Positions 28,994 through 43,413 are shown, counted from the first letter of the stretch. The stretch is DNA of 64,000 nucleotides from Octopus sinensis (GCF_006345805.1 NW_021836302.1:3743-67742), one strand, 5' to 3'. Notes: generated from the letters alone by a model not told the origin. Numbers and translations: made by a program.

Positions 28994-29041
28994 GTCTTAC
29001 AGCTGTTTCCGGGATATTTATTATATTCCTTCATCGGAGAC
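28994..29041 (-). ncRNA. Hammerhead ribozyme, CCGATGA variant
   Basis: gtct CCGATGA aggaatat aataa atatcccg GAAA CAGCTG TA agac. Confidence 0.75.
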
Positions 29042-29578
29042 GGTGTGAGAAAATGGTTAAGCAATAGTTAATTTAGATAAGATAGGAAATAGAGAGTGAA
29101 GTGGAGGAATGAAAATAGATGTGAGATATGCAGAGATATTGCATTTGTAGATCCATTATTTAGGCAGAATGGTATATATATAAGATTCCAATCCCTTATG
29201 AGTAAAATCCAATAGTATCTAAAATTGGTCATTCCAAGTATAAAGTTTGTACACAGTGCTATTGAATCAAGGTTTTATTTAAAGTGACCTAAAAGTAGGG
29301 AATGTATTTGTAAGGTCAAATCGAAAACAGGTCACTTTAAATAAAACCTTTGATTCAATAACACTGTGTATAAACTCTATACTTGGAATGACCAATTTTA
29401 AATACTATTGGATTTTACTCACAAGGTATTGGAGTCTTATATGTATTCCATTCTGCCTAAATAATGGATCTACAAATGCAACAGTTCTGCATATCTCACA
29501 TCTATTTTCGTTCCTCCACCTTACTCTCTACTTCGTATCTTATATCAATTAACTATTGCTTAACCATTTTCTCACACC

Positions 29579-29626
29579 GACTCTGATGAAGAGATATAAT
29601 AAATATCCTGGAAACAGCTGTAAGAC
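29579..29626 (+). ncRNA. Hammerhead ribozyme (inverted-arm copy)
   Basis: gact CTGATGA agagatat aataa atatcctg GAAA CAGCTG TA agac. Confidence 0.8.
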
Positions 29627-29805
29627 CTTCTATCTATAAATGTTCTAAAGTCTTCACAGCCTTGGTTTTTTTATCTCATTCTGAAAATAAATTTATATAT
29701 ATATATATATATATAAATATAATAAATACACACACACACAACATATATATACACACATATATATATATATACACACATATACAAATATATATATATATAT
29801 ATATA

Positions 29806-29876
<71 letters not shown>

Positions 29877-29929
29877 CATATTATATATATATATATATAA
29901 TATATATATATATATAATATGTATATATG

Positions 29930-29974
<45 letters not shown>

Positions 29975-30189
29975 TTATATACCCATATGTGTGTGTGTGA
30001 ATGTGTTTGCGTGCTTGTGTATATGCGTATACATATATGTGCTGAATGTGCGTGTTTGCATATGTGTGGATATTTTTGAGACAATTTTGACGAGTTGACA
30101 AAAGTGAAACAGGAAAATAAAACGGAAAAGTTTAACGAGCATTTCAAGAGAACGGATGCAATCAACAATTGCGAGATTCTCTAAATATT

Positions 30190-30500
30190 ATCAACTGGAA
30201 TGTGAGGCCCATCACGAATATAGGGAAAATATAGAAAGACTTCCTGGTCAGGAAGATTGACTGTTTAATGAACCAAACGGTTAAGTCTTTATATAACATT
30301 ATAGGATCAGAAACATGGTAGAGCAAAAGAAACGTTTTGCCTACATAATTATTGGTTTATTTACTGACCTGGAAGAATGTGGTTAATAGCAGGAATAAGT
30401 ACGATGTCTATCTATAATTACAGTTTACGTTATCACAGATTGGTATAAAATAAGAGAGATTAAAGCCAGAAGAAGTACCATTAAAACAGAATGTCAGAAA
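30190..30500 (+). mobile_element. Possible decayed LINE APE-endonuclease N-terminus
   Basis: NWNVR.. and IGSETW traces only. Confidence 0.3.
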
Positions 30501-31465
30501 GATAAAAATGGCATATTTCAAAGGGAATGGTAAAATGAGAGAAAAAATATTCAAAAACATTTAAAACTGAAAAATATAGATTAGAAATATACTGCGAATT
30601 CGACAATAGGCAGAAAGAAGGAAAATAGAACACTTTCAGAAAATACTTCTATAAGAAAGCTATTAAACATAGACATATCGGTGCGTGTTTATTCAATATC
30701 TAAATTTGTGTGTTTCTGTTCATATATATATGAATATTTATGCATGCATATTGAATATGTGTGCATTTATATGAATATACATACATATATATTTAATGTG
30801 TATACATATAAGCAAATTTAACTGCATATATACACACACATTCAATTTGTATGAGAAGCACTATAAATATTAGGTGAATTTAGTATTTAGTACAATATTT
30901 TTGTCGTCGTTGTCGTCGTCGTCGTTGTTGTTGTTGTTGTTGTTGCTGTTAGCAGAAGCATGTTTAGTTAGAGACCGATTCCTACTTTATTGAAAATATT
31001 TGAAGACTAGTAAATTTACATATGCACGCACACTCATATATATATATATATATATATATATGAATATATAAATATGTATATATGTGTTTGTGTGTGTGTA
31101 TGTATACACACACACACACACAACAACAACAACAACATAAAGATAGTACGCTTATGTACACGCATATTTCTTCCCAAAGCAATTTCATTGAAGTCATTAC
31201 TTTATAAACGCCAATAAAAAATTTTTTCGTCTTTTAACAATGAAAAAAAAACGGAAAATCGATTTCTGTTCTTTTGAATAAATATGAAGAAAATGAAGAA
31301 GATGCATAAATGTAAGTTTCTATGAGATTGGAATTGGTAAGTCAATATGGATAAATTGTAAGAATTCGAAAAAAATTATAACGATGTTGAATTCTTGAGT
31401 GAATCTGATTATATTCCTCGCTCATTTATTTAGATAAAAATAAATTTGCGATTTGCATGGAATAT

Positions 31466-31527
<62 letters not shown>

Positions 31528-32385
31528 TTGTTGTTGTTATATTTTGTAAGAGTACGACATAAAATTGAGTGTGAGCTAGAAGTCAAGCGAGTTTATTTGA
31601 TCTCCAGTTTTAACTAGTTCACTTTATTTCATTTCACTAAGGTCGCTAATGCCCCTGAAAAAAATGGGAAACAGCACGTTTCCCTTTAACTACAATAAAT
31701 GCATATTTCTAAAGTATCAGCAATTTAACTCTTATTTGTCGCAACAGTTTAAGTAATTGCATGAATTTGCAGAGTCTCATGTAGAAAACAAGGGGTTAGT
31801 AACCCTCTTGAGAGATGAACTCAGAATAAGTCAATTAGGAAAACCCTACACTATGTCTCCACCTGTTTCCGGCTCCCCTACGAGTTTAAGTGCCACAGCG
31901 TCGAGTTTGCCTTTCATTCTTTAGGGGTCGATAACGAAAGGTTTGCATTATCATTCTCGGTAAAATAAGCATCAGTTCAGTACAGGAATCAATGTAGATC
32001 AGAGCTGAACTATGTTTAAACAACAGCATTTTTTATTTCTAATTGAGATAGAAGGCCATCAGTTTTGAAAGGAAGGGGTGAGTTAATACCATCATTCCCA
32101 GACTTTTACAGGTACCGTATTTTATCAACCCCAAGAGATATGAAACAAAGCTGAACTCTGCGGGATTTGAACACTGAACTTTCAAACACCTCCATAACAA
32201 ACAACAATTATTGAGTCAGAAAAAACTACTTCAATCCAGATAAGTACAACGTATTTGCTGAGAATTTTTAATCTTACCTATCCGCTAACCTCCTATTTAC
32301 GATCGCAGCTCTATGCGAATAAAATAGCTTCGTTTGAATCTGTGACATTGAACGTTGTTAGTCATTCAAATTCAGCACTACATAA

Positions 32386-32600
32386 GGCGGCGAGGTAGCA
32401 GAATCGTTAGCACGCCGGACGAAACGCTTAGCGATACCTCGTCTTCCGCTACGTTCTGAGTTCAAATTCCACCGAGATCGACTTTTCCTTTTTCCTCCTT
32501 TCGGGAGCGATAAATTAAGTACCAGTTGCATACTGCGGTCGATCTACTCGACTGGTTCCCTCGCCCAAAATTTCGGGCCTTGTAACTAGAGTAGAAAAGA
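32386..32600 (+). mobile_element. tRNA-derived SINE, family A
   Basis: ggcggcgaggtagcagaatcgttagcacgccgg..; decayed copies at 31890-32175, 33850-33970, 34860-35195. Confidence 0.88.
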
Positions 32601-32677
32601 ATTTCAGTACTACTTGCTCCTTCAAAGGCTGAAGCTAAATATTATCTACTACTTAGTATGGTACTTATATATTTATA

Positions 32678-32832
32678 TAATAAAGGATAATCCTTTTTTT
32701 TAAAAAAAATTATCAGTGGCCAGCATATGAAATGAAACCAGTTAAGGTGAAAATTATATGTATAATTATACGGGCTTAGAAAAATTTAGCGTCGATTTCT
32801 CAGCATATAGGTTAGAAAATTTTTCTAAGCCT
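32678..32832. mobile_element. Tail plus short fold-back, related to the 42863 family
   Basis: ggcttagaaaaattt..aattttttctaagcc hairpin after an accag/cagcatat-type tail, ending in (TA)n. Confidence 0.6.
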
Positions 32833-33076
32833 TATATATATATACAAATAAAATATGAGGGTTTACTTAACAGGTGATCTAAACGACTAGGTATGCTTGG
32901 TAAGTGCTGTAACGGATTACTAGGGCTTCGAAGTTATAGCCGAGACGGTAGTTATGGAGCCATTGCAGATTTCCGATATAACGGATATATAATTGTTAAA
33001 GAGGACAGCAAACGTTAAGGCAAGGCAAACATCTCAAGTCATATACATGATTATTATTATTGGAAAACATTTCAGA

Positions 33077-33131
33077 GTCTTACAGTTTTTCTGGGATATC
33101 CCGGAGTATGGGATATTCCATCATCGGAGAC
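33077..33131 (-). ncRNA. Hammerhead ribozyme, CCGATGA variant, in element ~32845-33270
   Basis: gtct CCGATGA tggaatatccc atactcc gggatatccca GAAA AACTG TA agac; tail resembles 28810-28850. Confidence 0.7.
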
Positions 33132-33295
33132 AAATAGTGAAAATGAGAAGGGTGTAGATTAGTGAAATGACGACAGAAAGGACAGAAGAAAAGGAATAAG
33201 GAGATGAAGAGAAGAAAAACGAAGCATGAAAGATCGGAAAGTTGAACTGTGAACTTTTATGCTGCTTTTCTATATATATATATATATATATATAT

Positions 33296-33351
<56 letters not shown>

Positions 33352-35757
33352 TAACTAATATAGGATGAAGTTTTTTTACAGAAAAAAATCCCATCAAAAA
33401 TGTGGCAGCATATTAAAATACCTTTAAGGTTAAATTATAAACAACTTATAAATAAGGGCTATAGAAAATTATTTCCATTGCCAATATGCTGTTAATAGAC
33501 TTTTAAATCGTCAATTTCCACATATTATTTACTCGCTACAGAAAAGCACGAAGAGCTGAAATCGAGGGAAGCTGGCCGATAGAATTCTTTTAAAAAGTTC
33601 GTTATATATATATATATATATATATACATGTTCCATTTATATTGTGTAAGTCCATTGGGTGGCGGAGATAAGATCAGACATTGTCGTGCTGATAGTGTCT
33701 CTGGAAAATCAGAAACAAGTGTTGTCCTTTTATCTCCAGATAATAAACCAGTTCTTTTCTATACTTTTGCGCAGTGATTTTGAAATCAGAACCATGACAT
33801 TGCAAATCGAATTTCTTAAAGACTCACCCATGCTTCAAAAATTTCTAGGGATCCAGTTAATGTAATTGATTTTATCAAAACCCGAGGGTCAATGCACAAA
33901 GTCAATCGAAGTGTACTTTGTCGTCGTATCAACATTAAATAACATGAAGATTTTATTTCGGTGCTCAACCGTTTCTATTCGATCACCGCCCTATAATTAA
34001 CAGGTTACTGTGGTTTTCAGACTAAATACCTTGTGTTGTTATTTATGTGTATTTGTATTTTGATTTTATTCTAATTACAACGACGGCTGACATGGTATTT
34101 TACTCCTCCAGGATTGCTAGAATTAAAGGCCAATCAAGCAATAAAGATAGAATCGATCGGTCAATAATGCTGAGATTCAGACATCTGTAGAAGCATGCCA
34201 CTTTTAGAAATCAATATTGCATGTTTGTTTATTGCAAAATACTTCAAGTTTTCCGAGGTTAAATTTATTAAATAAATCACCATACTGACAAGAAGCTTTA
34301 CATGTATCAACGTACTTTAATATCACTTAAAAGAGATTCCGTGCTAAATCAATTATTTCATCTTCAGTCGATGTTATCTTGTATTAGAGACATGCGTGGA
34401 GTAAAAACATATTTTCGTTTCTATGAAACCCCGAATGTTGATTTTTAGGCGACAGCCGCATTAGAGAACATTCAATTAATATAAGCCAATCGATACCAAT
34501 CGCTATAGTTGTACCAACTAAACGGCCTCTACGTGGTGTGCTCAACTTGCTAGAAACAGCAGCCAACTCTCACTCAAGAAACTATTTTCTATCTTAAAAA
34601 ATAAGTAAGTGTGGTCCTGAGTTCTAGGATTCACAGAGTAACTTACCATGTTGCCATTGCGTATAAAGGATCGAGATGGCAGCACTCCCATGGATGGGGC
34701 GCCAATCCGTTGCAGGCTAACACATTTACAGCTGATTGGACCGGTGCAATGTGAAATAAAGCTTTATGTCATGTATACACAACGCGCCGCCTTGTCCGCG
34801 AATCGAAACCACATTGTTTCGAAGATGAGTGCAATACCCCAATCACCAAGTCACGTGCCTAGAAACTAGAACGTAAAGATAGACAAAACACCCTTAAGCA
34901 CTTTGTCAAACGTGTTAACAGTTTTGCCAGCTCGCCGCCCTAAAATTCCTCTGTAATTGTTTTAAATTTCGGTTAGCGCCTAAAGATATCTTCAGTAATT
35001 CTGTTTCGAATAGGCACGAGACCAACAATTTCAGAAGAGGGTTAAGTCGATTACATCGACTCCAGTGTATAACTGGTACTTATTTTAACCGAAAGGTTGA
35101 AAGGTAAAGTCGACCTCGGCAGTCTTTAAACTCAGAACATGAAGTCGGAAGAAATGCTGTGAACTATTTTCCCCGACACGCTAATGATTCTGTCAGCCTG
35201 AAGATATCTCTGTTACGCTGCATGATTGGAATTGGATTAAAATATTTGTTTATTGAATTTTGAATTGAAACTAAACAAATTAAACTTTATGCCATTCTAG
35301 TCAATGTCGTTAAAAATTTATTTCTAAAAGTTTGTACGAGTGTTTGTACTGTGTGTGTAAGTGTGACAGAGTGAGCGCGCAGTAAAAACAGATGTAGATA
35401 TCGTTCGTTGATGGTATTAAACTTTCGATAAACACAAGTACTTATGCCTGTGTTTTATATTGTATATTAGAAACGATATCACCAACGAGTCAATCACTGG
35501 TTCAGTGAATTTAGATTAGGAAGAGTGGCAAGAGTTTGTTTGTTAAACTTGGTCAAGTGGAAATTCGGTGGAAAGTATCGGTTAATTTGTTTTGTCGCAA
35601 ATATTTAGATACATTTTTCTGTGATGTCATGACACTAAACTCACAAGTTGAACGATAATATTCTTGACAGATACAAACACAACTATAAACAAACAAAAAA
35701 GAGCAATTTTAACAAAAATAAGAAACATTAGAAAATATCAAATATTGCAACCAACAA

Positions 35758-36182
35758 CCAACTCCCTTCTATTCGGCACGACGAACCAGAGGATGCCGGA
35801 TAACTAAATTTTCTAGATGTCTGATAATAGCTTTTAAAATTAGCAAAGCACATTAATGTCAAACCACATTAAAATTGTATATATATCCATCAATTTTATT
35901 ATTAATATTCTGACAATAATGGAAAAGAGAGAAATAAGAAGCCATAAAAGTATAATTTATGTAATGACCAAGTTTTATTAAATTAATAAAGTACAAGCAG
36001 TGAAATGTAATAAAATACTTTTAAGAAGCAGCTATTCGTTTTAGTTAGAGTAGAAACTTACATTTAATGACAATTAATTGTCACAAATTAACATAAATCT
36101 CCTTCAACAGATTTTAAAAAAAATCCGAGTACCGGATGCTTGGGAGTTCCGTAATTTGAACACCGGATAATAGGGAGTTTAC
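35758..36182. mobile_element. Decayed MITE (pogo/Tigger-like)
   Basis: Imperfect TIRs aactcccttctattcggc / ccggataatagggagtt. Confidence 0.4.
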
Positions 36183-36865
36183 AAAGCTTCAAAAATTTGA
36201 TTTTTCAAAATCAAAACCGGAACAGAAATATAACTGATGTTAATATATTTTAGACACTTTGTGTGGCTGTTCTACATGCTAGAAATATCAGCAACTATCC
36301 CTCAAATAATATTTTGCCATTTCAAATAATGAAAAAATAAAGGCATTACATAATGTAGATCTACACACATCTAAAAAGGCGGGATGCTCACGGCTGGCAT
36401 GGATACATTTAGTTGATTAGATTTCTGCTTGATCAGAAGTGACATGAGAAAAACAAGAACAACGGCAGCGTCAAAAACAAGAACAGTAGGAAAAAATAAT
36501 CTCTTTTGAGGCTAATTTTTCCAGTCAACATCAACAAAGAAAACAACAACAACAACATCGGCAGCAACAACAAAAACAGCAATGAAGTAAATTTCCTTGT
36601 CAAACTGTAAACAGGATTAATGATTCGCACAGGAAATAAAAACTAGATGTCAAATACGATAGCATGATAGAAAAATTTAAAGCCAGAGTGATAATATGAC
36701 TAGCTATTTGCAGGAGAAGGAGACACACTTTCTTTATTCATTTTTAAAGAGGTCGCAGCTCTCTGTGTCATCTCATGGGAAACAACTTCGGAAAATGACT
36801 TCCAGAAACATAACCACGGATTGGCCAGGACCTTGGTTCATACACACGCACGACACACACACACA

Positions 36866-36941
<76 letters not shown>

Positions 36942-37491
36942 CTAATCAGAAGCAAAAATATTCAGAAGCGAATATTTATATAGATATTAATGTTGTTATT
37001 ATTATCGAAGTCAATACAAATAGTTAGTAATAACAACAACATGAATATGGGTGGTTGCAGGCCTAAGTCAGCGTTTTATGGCTATAAAATTAGAATTATA
37101 TTAATCAAAGGACACATTGAGCTGTCTACCCCCGCTAGAAATAAGAGTTAAAGCCCTCATTTGGATCACCCCAAAAATATTTACACTGAAAATAACAGAC
37201 ACAACAGTATACGGACGAGCGAACGGAAAAAGATCTCGCACCTATATAGCATAAAAGAAGGGACAACGTGGCGGGCTGGGAAGATGTTTCTAAGGGTTAA
37301 GGTATGCTGAGAAAGGTACGAACTTTATGTCAAACCAGAAACCGGACTACATATATTACTGTTCCATTAAATGTATAGCTTTATGCTCTATATTTTGGTA
37401 GTACCAATGAGGGTTTTAACTCCTATTTCTAGCGGGTAGGCACTTTAATGTGTCCTTTGATTAATGTATGTATGTATGTATATATATATAC

Positions 37492-37525
<34 letters not shown>

Positions 37526-37535
37526 CTATATATAT

Positions 37536-37583
<48 letters not shown>

Positions 37584-37797
37584 TAATAATATTAGGGAAT
37601 AAATCCACTCTTACAGGGAAAAATCAGATTTAGGATTGAATCCAATTTTATAGTAAAATAATATATATTATATTAAATTAGAGATAAAACCACTATTAGG
37701 CAAATCATACAATGAAAAACTTAAGCCAATACATAAGATTATTTGATTTATATTATTTAAATATATAACAAAATTATAAAAAAATATAATTAATATA

Positions 37798-37863
37798 ACA
37801 CTACGTTCGTTTCATGGCTGTTAATTTCTTAAACTTTTCGAGTTACAGTCATTCATCAGGTGG
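37798..37863 (-). ncRNA. Hammerhead ribozyme (tail-side arm)
   Basis: cac CTGATGA atgactgtaa..ttaacagccat GAAA CGAACG TA gtg. Confidence 0.8.
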
Positions 37864-38874
37864 TTTAAATATCTAAAATGTAATCAATATTTTTAAGATA
37901 TAGATAATACATATAATATAATAATTTTACTTACAATAAACTCTATTATCAAATATGATTATATCCAAATCGACTATAATGTTAAATATTAATTTTAATT
38001 TATAAGGTAGGAAACCCATAATCTAATATCAATATTAGTCTATATCTAATTACATAAATATTTAAAATGACTAATATATATAAATTATCAATGAAAATAT
38101 ATATATAAATATTATAATCAAGATCTAAAATAATCTCTATAAATAATTGTATATAATAAAAACCTAATAAATTTAATTTTTCATATTTAAAGATGAAATA
38201 GCTAATTTCAAAATACAAATAAACAAACTTAGACGAACTTTCAGAAATCTTATGTAAAATACTTTTAGAAATAATCAATATTTAGTAATATAGTATCGAA
38301 TAAATACTATAAGTACTATAAATATAATTATGAATGGGAATAATTATCTAATATAAATTTAAAGAAATAACTAAGTTATGCTATTAAATTAGACATGGCC
38401 TAGACCAATCTTTAGTCGAAACATATCTAAGTTTATCAAAGTTTATCTAATTTAATTATAAATTTAAAACTACAATTAATACTATTAAAACATGTATATA
38501 CAAAGCCTAACTTAATACACCTAGTATGTTTGCTATCAAATAATAAATCTATCACTAAAAAGTATCTTACGAATAAACTTCAATTTAATATCTAATAACA
38601 TAGAAAATTACGATAATTAGATCATTACATAAACAACGATATTTACATAAGGAGAATATTATTACTCCAAAGGCTTATACAATATTAAAATTTACAATTT
38701 GAAGATCTTAAATAAATACATACTTAACTTGGCGAGGTTTAATCAATAATATTTAACATTGTAGTCGATTTGGATATAATCATATTTGATAATAGAGTTT
38801 ATTATAAGTAAAATTATTATATTATATATATTATTTATATCTTTAAAATATTGATTATATTTTAGATATTTAAA

Positions 38875-38940
38875 CCACCTGATGAATGACTGTAACTCGA
38901 AAAATTTAAGAAATTAACAGCCATGAAACGATCGTAGTAT
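38875..38940 (+). ncRNA. Hammerhead ribozyme (inverted arm)
   Basis: ccac CTGATGA atgactgtaa..ttaacagccat GAAA CGATCG TA gtat. Confidence 0.8.
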
Positions 38941-39112
38941 TATATTAATTATATTTTTTAATAATTTTGATATATATTTAAATAATATAAATTAAATAAT
39001 CTTATGTATTGGCTTAAGTTTTTCATTGTATGATTTGCCTAATAGTGGTTTTATCTCTAATTTAATATATATATATATAATATATATATATTATATATAT
39101 ATAGATATATAT

Positions 39113-39143
<31 letters not shown>

Positions 39144-39149
39144 GTATAT

Positions 39150-40085
39150 GATTAAATAAGGGTAGAAATTGATATTAATCAATTAAAACCAGTAGCTTAG
39201 CATATTTTTAAAAAATCTGAAGATTAAAAATTGTTCTACATACAAAATTTAGAGGACCGACCACTAAAAGTGGACAGCCTATATGTTAAACATAGTGAAG
39301 ACATTCGAAAGATACACTTAAATATAAAATGTAGAACTTTATACATGGTAGATTTCGGTTGAGCGTTCTGTATCTAGTTCTGGAAATTGCGTTTTATAAA
39401 ATGGCGAAAGTAAGTTCGAAAGCAGGGTAGGTGGATGAAATGAGTATGGGGGAAAGAGTTGGCTTCGGTGCAATCATTGATGGACTACCATAAAGTTCAA
39501 AAGTGAAACCAGTGTATGAGACTAAGAAAAGGTTTGCATGTCTAGGGCCCATCTTAGATCCCATGGCCACCCCAGTTGCTTTTCGCTATAGAAAGAGATA
39601 CAATTCAATGTAAAGTCAAGCCCGGAAAGGTGAAAGAGAGTAGAAGTGCCGGTTTTGAGGGTAGTGCAACGATCTTGGAACTATCTAAGGATGAGAAGAT
39701 GGGGTAAAAGCGAAATAGAGCAAAAAGAGTTATGGAGGAGGAACTGGACCGGAAGGAATGAAGTGGAAAGTATGGTTATCATCATGGTTCTAGGAAGAAA
39801 GGGAAGTTACTAAGAGTAAAGAGCATCCTATCGAGGTTGTTTAGATATGAATGATGCGTAACATTGCAAGTGGAAATGATGGTGCGGCTAGGATTTTTAG
39901 ATTTATGAACGTTGGTGAGGAAGCAGATGGTGGGGATTCTGGGGGAAACAGAGAATAGGCTGATAGCAGTGGTTAGGAGAGGGGAGGGAGAGATGACGAA
40001 GTGATGAGCTTCTTTTTGCAGTGGTGCACAGCAGACATTGGAGGCTAGCGGGAAAGTGAGATGGAAAGAGTAGGAAAACTTCCGA
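39150..40085 (-). pseudogene. Decayed Penelope-like element reverse transcriptase with 3' tail at (TA)n
   Basis: PRIPTICFLTNVHKSKNPSRTIISTCN (PLE YFLPKIHK..PGRPIVS) near 39870-39945 and TLNCISF..GVAMGSKMGP..ANLF near 39525-39612; frameshifted. Confidence 0.8.
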
Positions 40086-40548
40086 TCAGAAAATGTTTGT
40101 TCTTCACCTAATATCGATTATATTCATTTGTTGTCGCATCAAAATTAAACTGGATAATTATTTTCTATTTAGCCACTTGTATAAATCAATCGGAATTTAT
40201 TAGAGTTAAATATAAACGAGAATATAAAAGTACATGGTTACTCTCTGAAGATATCTCTGTAATGATAATTTAGATGGCAAAACAAAATGTAGGTCTTCGG
40301 AGAAATTGAATTAAAAATAAACAAACTAGTCTCCACGTCATTTCAAGTAAATATCGTCAAACATTTATGAGATATATGTGTACATACATACATACAGACG
40401 TACATACAGAGATACATACATACATACATACATACATACATACATACATACATACAGAGCTATATACACACATGTATGTGTGTTGTATAATTGAGAGTGA
40501 GTTTCAGTGATGCACATGTCCAAATGCGTAAACATTATGCATTGACAG

Positions 40549-40689
<141 letters not shown>

Positions 40690-40734
40690 CTTCACATACA
40701 CCTACGCACAAACATACATTAACACACACACATA

Positions 40735-41647
40735 TAGGGTGCAATAGGTAAGTTGTCGCCATTTTATATCTTTAATTTCGCGCATGAGCATTGTTTGTTT
40801 TTGATTTTGTAGAGTACACAGTATAGTAGGGTCAGTTGGGCATCGTCTGTGAGAAAAGAGGCACCCTGACACAATTGACTCTACCGGAAATTTAGAAACG
40901 ACATGCTGTACCGTTTGGCATCTACGTCGGAAGCTCCGACACGAATATTTTAAAGTGTTTAGGTGTCAATATGAGGACACTGTTATCTGAGGGCATGTAC
41001 TGAGAGCGATAAAAATCAAACATCCTGTCAACAGCATCGTGTTTAGAGTGATCACTAATGACGGCGGCGTTATGCCTCTATTCATCTCCCCACACGGCCT
41101 CAGCCTCAATACGAAGGGCTACATTAAGTCCTTGGAGGAGGTACCTGGCTCTTGGAGGCCCTGGCTCAAGAGGGTGGCTGCTGGAAGACCCTATGTCTGG
41201 CAGCAGGACTCTGCAACATGTCACACAATTACGAGAACCCGGTCATGGCTGTCAGACAATTTCTGCGACCATATCGCCCTTAACATCTGGATACCTAACT
41301 CTCCAGACTGCAACTCCCTTCATTATTATGTGTGAGACGTAGTTGAGCGAGGGACCAACAAAACTCCTTGTAACACCAAAGATGACCTAAAGGTAAGGAT
41401 TATAGTAGCATTCATCAACTTAAACAACGAGACCGTCCAGAAGAGTGCACGACGTTCCGAAGTTGTCTGGATTATATATATATATATATATAAGTTGAAG
41501 CCAATGACAATTTTTTTCATTAAATTTACTCTTTAATATTTCAAGATATCTTTGTGTAATTTTGGTAAATATATCTGTTAAAATGAGATTTCAGTGTTAT
41601 TTTCATTTTTGCATAATTTAGACGACAATTTGTTCACCGCACCCTGT
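40735..41647 (+). mobile_element. Internally deleted mariner/maT-like DNA transposon
   Basis: TIRs tagggtgcaataggtaagttgtcg / cgacaatttgttcaccgcaccctg; WQQDSATCH..WIPNSPDCNSLHYYV. Confidence 0.88.
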
Positions 41648-41952
41648 ATATGCAATTCTATTCTTGAAAAGCTATGCCTAACATACTTTAACAATTATTT
41701 CATCTGAACTTGTCACTGGTTACACACTTATGGCATGATGCGTATATTACTTATAAATATGGTTACCATGTATATGATCCTCTAGAGACAGCTGTCGAGA
41801 TAAAGGCATTACCTATTCTTTTCTTTATAGTCTGTGCTCCACATAAATATAGGCGTCAATCCTCTGTTTTCGGTACGGAGCGTATTTTTCTATCACTCTC
41901 TCTCTCTCTCGCTTTCTCTTTCACACACACACAATATATATGTATGTATGTA

Positions 41953-42029
<77 letters not shown>

Positions 42030-42032
<3 letters not shown>

Positions 42033-42839
42033 CAGCAACAATTTAGATTCAAATGAATATGGTACTTAATTTAGATGCACCAGAATTTTTGTATGGTGTC
42101 ATCCATAAAAATTTGCGGGGTGATTATAATAAAAAATAAGCAACAAGAATGATTCTGGTAATTTGGTACAATTGTTTCGCACTACATCATTTTATTAAAA
42201 GTTGTATGTATTACAGCAGATTTAAGATGCTGAGTGCTCATTAGCCAAATATATAGGTTTTCCAATAATACAAAAGGCTTTCAAATCAAGTAGTAACATT
42301 ATAGAGAAGGTAGATATACAGATAAAGATGTAGATTTAAATTTTAAGAACATATGAGGTTGTGAAGTCCAGCCACTGACTGACCACGCTATATCTGTATC
42401 TGACTGCTATAAGAATAGAAGTAATAAAGATTTTTTAGTTGTAGGAATGGGGTAAGGGAGGTTTCAGAATACCATAAAAGGAATTCAAGTTGCCACTAAC
42501 AAAATGCCAATTACTGCTATTTGGTGAGAGGAACTAGGTCAATGTCAAAATCTTTATTACTTCTATTCTTATAGCAGTCAGATACAGCTATAGCGTGGTC
42601 AGTCATGGCTGGACTTCACAACCTCATATGTTCTTAAAATTTAAATCTACATCTTTATCTGTATATCTACCTTCTCTATAATGTTACTACTTGATTTGAA
42701 AGCCTTTGTATTATTGGAAAACCTATATATTTGGCTGATGAGCACTCAGCATCTTAAATCTGCTGTAATACTTACAACTTTTAATAAAATGATGTAGTGC
42801 GAAATTACCAGTCATTCTTGTTGCTTATTTTTTATTATA
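42030..42839. mobile_element. Penelope-like fold-back element, ~300-bp arms, long-stem-II HHR in each arm
   Basis: Tail 42030-42124; arms 42125-42434 and 42547-42839; HHRs at 42161-42250 (-) and 42729-42804 (+). Confidence 0.92.
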
Positions 42840-42862
42840 TATATATATATATATATATATAT

Positions 42863-43343
42863 CAACAATTGAGGGTAAAATTAATTAATTAATCAATTTC
42901 ACCAAGTGTTCAGTATGTAAAAGGACCATTTAAGGCGAATTCAAAATATTACATTATATAATTAGGGCTTAGTAAAATAAATTACTTTGCCACATACTGA
43001 ACTTAGTAGAAATAGCAGCCAAAAAAATTTTCTTAGCATTTCTACTACTTAAAGAAAATTTCTCTCAGATAATGTTTACTCTAGACAGCTCACGAAGGTT
43101 TGGGGGTAAATACAGAACAATATCACAAGTACATAGAACGTTGACGTACTCAAACGATCTATGTACTTGTGATATTTTTCTGTATTTACCCCCAAACCTT
43201 CGTGAGCTGTCTAGAGTAAACATTATCTGAGAGAAATTTTCTTTAAGTAGTAGAAATGGTAAGAAAAATTTTTTTGGCTGCTATTTCTACTAACTTCAGT
43301 ATGTGGCAAAGTAATTTATTTTACTAAGCCCTAATTATATAAT
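42863..43343. mobile_element. Fold-back element, 190-bp arms, ~10-nt loop, no HHR retained
   Basis: Tail 42863-42952; arms 42953-43142 and 43153-43343; (TA)n on both sides. Confidence 0.92.
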
Positions 43344-43378
43344 TATATATATATATAATATATATATATGTATGTTTG

Positions 43379-43413
<35 letters not shown>

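Larger units (their letters stand above)
28780..29695. mobile_element. Penelope-like fold-back element, 350-bp arms, one HHR per arm
   Basis: Arms 28941-29290 and 29329-29683, 38-nt loop; tail 28780-28940; microsatellite on both sides. Confidence 0.92.
37590..39066. mobile_element. Penelope-like fold-back element, 320-bp arms, 755-bp very AT-rich spacer
   Basis: Tail 37590-37672; arms 37673-37991 and 38747-39066; (TA)n on both sides. Confidence 0.92.
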
